In this document: positions 59,504-64,000 of the stretch, one piece after another
Position numbering within the stretch: position 1 is the first letter of the stretch
Layout of the letters: every line of letters starts with the position of its first letter
Source of the DNA: Myxococcales bacterium
GTDB lineage: Bacteria; Myxococcota; Myxococcia; Myxococcales; Anaeromyxobacteraceae
Assembly (NCBI GenBank): GCA_038320275.1
Contig: JBBQEB010000003.1
Coordinates: forward strand, 108 to 64,107
Length of the DNA: 64,000 nucleotides
Reading direction: 5' to 3'
The notes under the pieces: generated by a model
Databases searched by the model: none
What the model saw: the letters and a program-made list of their open reading frames with translations, nothing else
What the model was told of the DNA's origin: nothing
Made by a program: the position numbers and the translations under genes

Positions 59504-60300
59504 ACGGGAGGTGGGTGGCCCCGCTGACCGCGCTCGCCCTGGCGCTGGGCTGCGCGCACGCGCTTCCGCCAGCGCGGCCCGAGCCCGCGGCCGCGGCTCC
59601 TGCCGCGGGAGGCAGCGCCTCGGAGCTCCTGGCCCGCGCCGAGGCGCGCTGGGCGGGGCGGCCCGATCCGGCCGCGGTGGGCGAGGCGGAGGAGCTGTAC
59701 CTGGCCGCGGCCCGGGCGGATCCACGGGCGACGGGGGGCCTCGCCGGAGCGGTGAAGGTGAAGGCCTGGCGCGCGGAACGCGAGCGCGACGACGCGCGCC
59801 GCGCTGCCCTGGCGGAGGGCGCAGTGGAGGCCGGGCAGTGGTGCGAGGCGCGAGCGCCTGCGAGCGCGGAGTGCGCCTATGCGCTCGCGATCGGGCTCGG
59901 CCTGCAGGCGCGGGAGCGGCGGGGAACGGCGCTCGATGGCCTGAAGCTCATGGTTGCGAAGCTCCGTCAGGCAGAGGCGGCCGACCCGAGGCTGGACCGG
60001 GCCGGGCCTGCGCGCGTGCTGGCTCAGGTGCTGGCGCAGGCGCCGGGCTGGCCGCTCGGGCCCGGCGACACGGACGCGGCGGTGGAGGCGGCACGCCGGG
60101 CCGTGTCGCTCTTCCCCGACCACCCGCCCAACCAGCTCGCGCTGGCGCTCGCGCTCCAGAAGAACGACGAGCCCGGCGTCGCGCGCGCGGCGGCGGAGCG
60201 CGCGGTGGCGCTCGCGCGGGCGGCCCGGGACGAGCCCGACGCTGCAGGGTGGATCGAGGAGGGGCTGCGGCTCGCCGGCGGAGGGACGGACGAGAGCTGA
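59500..60300 (+). CDS. TPR/TatT-like lipoprotein (BstC-like)
   Basis: LALGC lipobox; CAYALAIGLG, AGPARVL, APGWPLGPGD, AVSLFPDHPPNQL; TTG start overlaps the upstream stop. Confidence 0.7.
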   Translation: MNGRWVAPLTALALALGCAHALPPARPEPAAAAPAAGGSASELLARAEARWAGRPDPAAVGEAEELYLAAARADPRATGGLAGAVKVKAWRAERERDDARRAALAEGAVEAGQWCEARAPASAECAYALAIGLGLQARERRGTALDGLKLMVAKLRQAEAADPRLDRAGPARVLAQVLAQAPGWPLGPGDTDAAVEAARRAVSLFPDHPPNQLALALALQKNDEPGVARAAAERAVALARAARDEPDAAGWIEEGLRLAGGGTDES

Positions 60301-60313
60301 CAGCGGTGTTAGC

Positions 60314-61117
60314 TCAGCTCACGCTCTCCGCGCTGTAGCGCGCCAGGAGCCCCGACCGCACCGCGCCGCGGTGGATTCGGACGAAGAAGAGGCAGGCGAG
60401 CGCGATGTACCCAGCGGCGAGGGCCGCTCCGGCCCCGAGCGCGGCAAAGGAGATGGGCTGGCCCGCCACCGCTGCGCGCAGCCCCTCGAAGACGTACGAG
60501 GGCGGCAGCGCCCGACCGACGAGCTGCATCCAGCGCGGCAGCGTGGCGAGCGGGTAGAACACCCCGGCGAAGGGGGAGAGCAGTGCGGGGATGGGCCAGA
60601 CCAGCCACTCCGAGGCCGGCCCGAGCCGCAGCACGAGCGCGCTCGCGAAGACGCCGAGCGCGATGCCGAAGAGGAAGAGCACGGCGAGGAAGGGCGCGAG
60701 CCCGAAGCCAACGGTCGAGTAGGAGAGCCCGAAGACCCCCGCCGCGAGCGCGAGCATGACCCCGAGGCCGACCAGGCTCGTCACCACGCTGGAGGCGACC
60801 AGGCCGGCCAGGTATTCACCGATGGTGATCGGGCTCGCGAAGAGGTTGAACAGGTTCCGCGACCAGACGTCCTCGAAGAAAGCCATGGTCACGCCCTGCA
60901 TGACCCGGCCAAAGAAATCCCACAGCAGGATGGCGCCCAGGAGCGTGGGGACGAAGCGGACGGTGGACGAGGCGATCGCGTCCAGGTAGCGGGTGATGAA
61001 GCCCCACAGGACGACGTCGATGGCGACCCAGGCGAAGAGCGGCACCAGCCGCGCAGGGCTGCTGCGGAGCAGATAGGCCTGCCGCAGCAGGATGGCGCCG
61101 GTGCGTTTCAGTCGCAT
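60314..61117 (-). CDS. ABC-2 type transporter permease
   Basis: FFEDVWSRNLFNLFASP, SPFAGVFYPLATLP, LPPSYVFEGLR; six TM helices. Confidence 0.88.
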   Translation of the reverse strand: MRLKRTGAILLRQAYLLRSSPARLVPLFAWVAIDVVLWGFITRYLDAIASSTVRFVPTLLGAILLWDFFGRVMQGVTMAFFEDVWSRNLFNLFASPITIGEYLAGLVASSVVTSLVGLGVMLALAAGVFGLSYSTVGFGLAPFLAVLFLFGIALGVFASALVLRLGPASEWLVWPIPALLSPFAGVFYPLATLPRWMQLVGRALPPSYVFEGLRAAVAGQPISFAALGAGAALAAGYIALACLFFVRIHRGAVRSGLLARYSAESVS

Positions 61118-62772
61118 GTGCGGGCCGACCTCTCGCCCGACGGCGCCGGGCTCGGGTCGCGCTCGCTCACGCCGTACTTCCGCAGCTTCCCCTGAAGCGT
61201 GGTGGGCTTGAGGCCGAGGAGCGCGGCCGCGCCCTGCGGGCCGTACACTCTGCCGCCGCTCGCGGTCAGCGCGTGGCCGAGGAGCTGCCGCACCTGCTCG
61301 TCGAAGCGCCCCGGGGCGCCCTCCGCGCTCCGCTCCGCGCCGGGACCTCCGCCACCTCCAGCGCGGCCGCCACCCAGAGCTTCGCCGGGTTCGGCCCGCC
61401 CGCGGCCCGGGGAGGGGAGCACGAGCTCGTCTCCCGGCGAGAGGATGAGCGCTCTCTGCAGGTAGTTCTCCAGCTCGCGCACGTTCCCGGGCCATTCGAG
61501 CGCCTCCAGCAACGGCCATGCGTCCTCGGAGACCCGGGGCGGCCGCCGGTGCATGAGCGCAGCGTGCCGGGCGAGGAAGTAGGACGCGAGCGGCCGGATC
61601 TCCGCCCGCCGGGCCCGGAGGGGGGGAAGTTCCAGCGGAAAGACCGCCAGGCGATAGTACAGGTCCGAGCGAAACGTGCCCGCCGCGACCATCGCCTCGA
61701 GGTCGCGGTTCGTCGCCGCGACCACGCGAACGTCCACCTGGACGGAGCCCCCGCCGCCCACGCGCTGGATCTCGCGCTCCTGCAGGACGCGCAGGAGCCG
61801 CACCTGCACCGATGGGGGTGCATCGCCCACCTCGTCGAGGAAGAGGGTCCCTCCCTCGGCCTGCTCGAAGCGCCCTGAGCGCCTCCGCACCGCTCCGGTG
61901 AATGCGCCCTTCTCGTGCCCGAAGAGCTCGCTCTCGATGAGGCTGTCCGGCACCGCGCCCAGGTTCACCACCACGAAAGGCGCGCCGAACCGTGGAGACA
62001 GGTCGTGCACCATCCGTGCGAGCCCCTCCTTCCCGGTCCCCGTCTCGCCGCGGATGAGCACGGTCGTCATCGACGGCGCCACCAGCCGCACCCGCTCGAG
62101 GACCCCCTTCATGCTCGGGCCCTCCGCGACGTAGCGCGCGTCGCGCTTCATCTGCCGGAGCTCCTCCTTGAGGAGCGTGTTCTCGCGGTCGAGGAGGCGG
62201 TTCAGGCGATGCACCTCCTCCACCATCAAGCTGTTGTGGAGGGCGATCGCGACGAGGTGCGCCACCTGCCGCGCCACCTGGAAGCAGCACTCGAGGAGCC
62301 CTTGCCGTGGGGGATGCGCAATGTCGAGCGCGCCCAGCGCCTCGCCCTCGAAGATCAGCGGAAAGGAGACGAGCGAGCCGTAGCCCAGCTCCGCCAGCCG
62401 GGGCTCCTCGCGAAAGCGCGGCCGATCCGCCAGGATCGGGTCCACGATGGTCGGCCGCCGCTCGGCGAGGGCGAGGCCTGCCGCCGAGCCAGCCAGCTCG
62501 AAGGTCCTGCCCACCTCGGTGGCCGGGTGGCGGGGATCGGAGACGAGCGCCACTCTCGCGGTGCCGGGCTCCCCCTCGACGAGGCGGTGGATCGCGACGC
62601 GGGTCGTCCCGAACCGCCGGTTGAGAAGGCGGCCGGTGCGCTCGAGCACTGCCTGCAGGTCGACCGTGGAGAGGACGGCCTCGATGGCCTCCTCGACGAT
62701 GCGCTGGTGCGGATCGTGGGCGGGATGAAGGACGGGGACATCACTGGGGAGAATGGGCAGGGGGAGGGGCAT
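61108..62772 (-). CDS. GAF-AAA-HTH sigma-54 enhancer-binding protein (FhlA-like)
   Basis: GETGTGKE, ESELFGHEKGAFTGA, LFLDEVG, WPGNVREL, C-terminal HTH. Confidence 0.95.
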   Translation of the reverse strand: MPLPLPILPSDVPVLHPAHDPHQRIVEEAIEAVLSTVDLQAVLERTGRLLNRRFGTTRVAIHRLVEGEPGTARVALVSDPRHPATEVGRTFELAGSAAGLALAERRPTIVDPILADRPRFREEPRLAELGYGSLVSFPLIFEGEALGALDIAHPPRQGLLECCFQVARQVAHLVAIALHNSLMVEEVHRLNRLLDRENTLLKEELRQMKRDARYVAEGPSMKGVLERVRLVAPSMTTVLIRGETGTGKEGLARMVHDLSPRFGAPFVVVNLGAVPDSLIESELFGHEKGAFTGAVRRRSGRFEQAEGGTLFLDEVGDAPPSVQVRLLRVLQEREIQRVGGGGSVQVDVRVVAATNRDLEAMVAAGTFRSDLYYRLAVFPLELPPLRARRAEIRPLASYFLARHAALMHRRPPRVSEDAWPLLEALEWPGNVRELENYLQRALILSPGDELVLPSPGRGRAEPGEALGGGRAGGGGGPGAERSAEGAPGRFDEQVRQLLGHALTASGGRVYGPQGAAALLGLKPTTLQGKLRKYGVSERDPSPAPSGERSARTCD

Positions 62773-62800
62773 GGTCGGTTCCTCGGTCCCGGCAAGGCGG

Positions 62801-62834
62801 CACCCAAATGCCGTTGTCACCCAAATACGGTTGC
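62801..62834. promoter_or_regulatory. Tandem 17-bp imperfect direct repeat, candidate enhancer (UAS)
   Basis: CACCCAAATGCCGTTGT followed by CACCCAAATACGGTTGC. Confidence 0.5.
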
Positions 62835-62905
62835 CAGCGCCACCGGAATATGGGTGCAAGCGCGGAGGATGGCTTCAAGCGCTTGGAATCTCGACCGTCG
62901 GGGTA

Positions 62906-62921
62906 TGGCACGACCCTCGCT
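62906..62921 (+). promoter_or_regulatory. Sigma-54 (-24/-12) promoter
   Basis: TGGCACGACCCTCGCT, GG-N10-GC; divergent EBP gene adjacent. Confidence 0.7.
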
Positions 62922-62986
62922 TGCGAGTCCTCCACCGCCTTCCGCGCACGCCCGTTTCTGGCAGCGACCGCACCGGAGAACCGCAA

Positions 62987-63583
62987 ATGGATGCCATCGA
63001 GACGTTGATGAACGAGCACCGCCTCATCGAGTCGGCATGCGGCGCGCTCACGGCCTTCGCTGACGAGGCCCGCCGCGCGAGCGCCGACGACAAGGCCGAG
63101 CTCGCGCGCTTCGTGACCTTCATCCGCGAATTCGCCGACGGACACCATCACGGGAAGGAGGAGGACATCCTCTTCGCAGCCATGATCGATGCGGGCTTCT
63201 CTCGCCAGGCCGGCCCGGTCGCCGTGATGCTCATGGAGCACGACCAAGGCCGCGCCTACATCCGCGCGCTCGGCGAGCTCGCAGTGAAGCAGGAGCCCTG
63301 GAGCTCGGAGGACCGCCAGCAGCTCGCCGGGGCGGCGCGCGGCTACGAGCAACTCCTTCGCGCCCACATCCACAAGGAAGACGTGATCCTCTATCCGATG
63401 GCCTGTCAGCGGCTCCCGCCCGAAGCGCTGGCCCGGGTCGATGCGGCTTGCGCCGCCTACGATGCGAAGCACGCCGCGAGCGACGGCGACCGGCTCGAGA
63501 ACCTCGCTGGCGAGCTCCTCGGGCGACACTCCAGTCCTGGCCGCGACGGGCCGGCTGCTCATCGCGTCGGGGGCTGCTGCTGA
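62987..63583 (+). CDS. Hemerythrin (HHE) domain protein
   Basis: MNEH..I, HHHGKEE..LF, MEHD.GR, HIHKED.ILYP; ends GGCC. Confidence 0.9.
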   Translation: MDAIETLMNEHRLIESACGALTAFADEARRASADDKAELARFVTFIREFADGHHHGKEEDILFAAMIDAGFSRQAGPVAVMLMEHDQGRAYIRALGELAVKQEPWSSEDRQQLAGAARGYEQLLRAHIHKEDVILYPMACQRLPPEALARVDAACAAYDAKHAASDGDRLENLAGELLGRHSSPGRDGPAAHRVGGCC

Positions 63584-63676
63584 TGCGACGCGGCGCATCC
63601 TGGGGGGGCGCGCGTCCTTCTGCCTCGCCCCTCAAGAGACGGCCGAACTCTCCGTAAAGGGCCCAGGCTCCCCGCA

Positions 63677-64000
63677 ATGTCCGTCCGCACTCGGCTCCCA
63701 TCGCTGGAGGACTGGAAGCGACAGGTGAAATGCCAGGTCGGCTGCCCGGTCGAGACGGACGCCGGTCGATACGTGCAGCTCATCGCCGAAGGGCGCGACG
63801 AGGAGGCCTACCTCGTCGCCCGCGCGCCGAACCCTCTCGCCTCCGTGTGCGGTCGCGTCTGCGCCGCGCCGTGTGAGGACGCCTGCCGGCGGGGCAGCGT
63901 GGACGCTCCCATCACCATTCGCGCCCTGAAGCGCACCGTCACCGAGAAGTTCGGCGTCGAGTCGATGCGGCCCGACACGCAGGACTCCCTGCTTCACGCG
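63677..64000 (+). CDS. GltD/NfnB-like Fe-S flavoprotein oxidoreductase, 3'-partial (absent from the ORF track)
   Basis: Hand translation MSVRTRLPSLEDWKRQVKCQVGCP...NPLASVCGRVCAAPCEDACRR..IRALKR, open to the window end. Confidence 0.88.
   Translation, partial: MSVRTRLPSLEDWKRQVKCQVGCPVETDAGRYVQLIAEGRDEEAYLVARAPNPLASVCGRVCAAPCEDACRRGSVDAPITIRALKRTVTEKFGVESMRPDTQDSLLHA

Noticed and set aside
56053-60300. 1415-aa plus-strand ORF
   Set aside because: Antisense to the MMPL; only the last 266 codons (from 59500) form a credible lipoprotein
60305-60320. TAGCTCAG tRNA D-arm-like word
   Set aside because: No T-arm or acceptor stem; it overlaps the permease stop codon

Overview
Very GC-rich chromosomal window from a Myxococcota bacterium, probably Anaeromyxobacter-like (inference from gene content). 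About 55 credible CDSs; most long ORFs in the six-frame track are GC shadows. Housekeeping blocks: RND efflux pair, rsmG, amgK-like and murU-like genes, actP, tsaD-rsmA-dNK-panB-panC-smpB, pckG, treZ, eukaryote-type citrate synthase, acnA, pncB. Two toxin-antitoxin pairs are present. The standout is a ~8 kb candidate sterol-handling island (52093-60300). It holds an EXPERA/SDR/DUF1295 operon, a GT4 enzyme resembling Helicobacter cholesterol alpha-glucosyltransferase, and an MMPL + PhnD-like + TPR-lipoprotein trio matching the BstA/BstB/BstC sterol transporter architecture. Other points of interest: a MITE-like dimer with 22-bp terminal inverted repeats that supplies the pncB stop codon, a 281-bp tandem repeat, an 8-bp repeat expansion in the mntA active-site motif, a kinase-USP/phosphoesterase pair, a degenerate HD-GYP, a stand-alone Zn-finger protein and two sigma-54 promoters. 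No rRNA, tRNA, CRISPR array or transposase was seen. All family assignments are from motif recognition by eye, not database searches.
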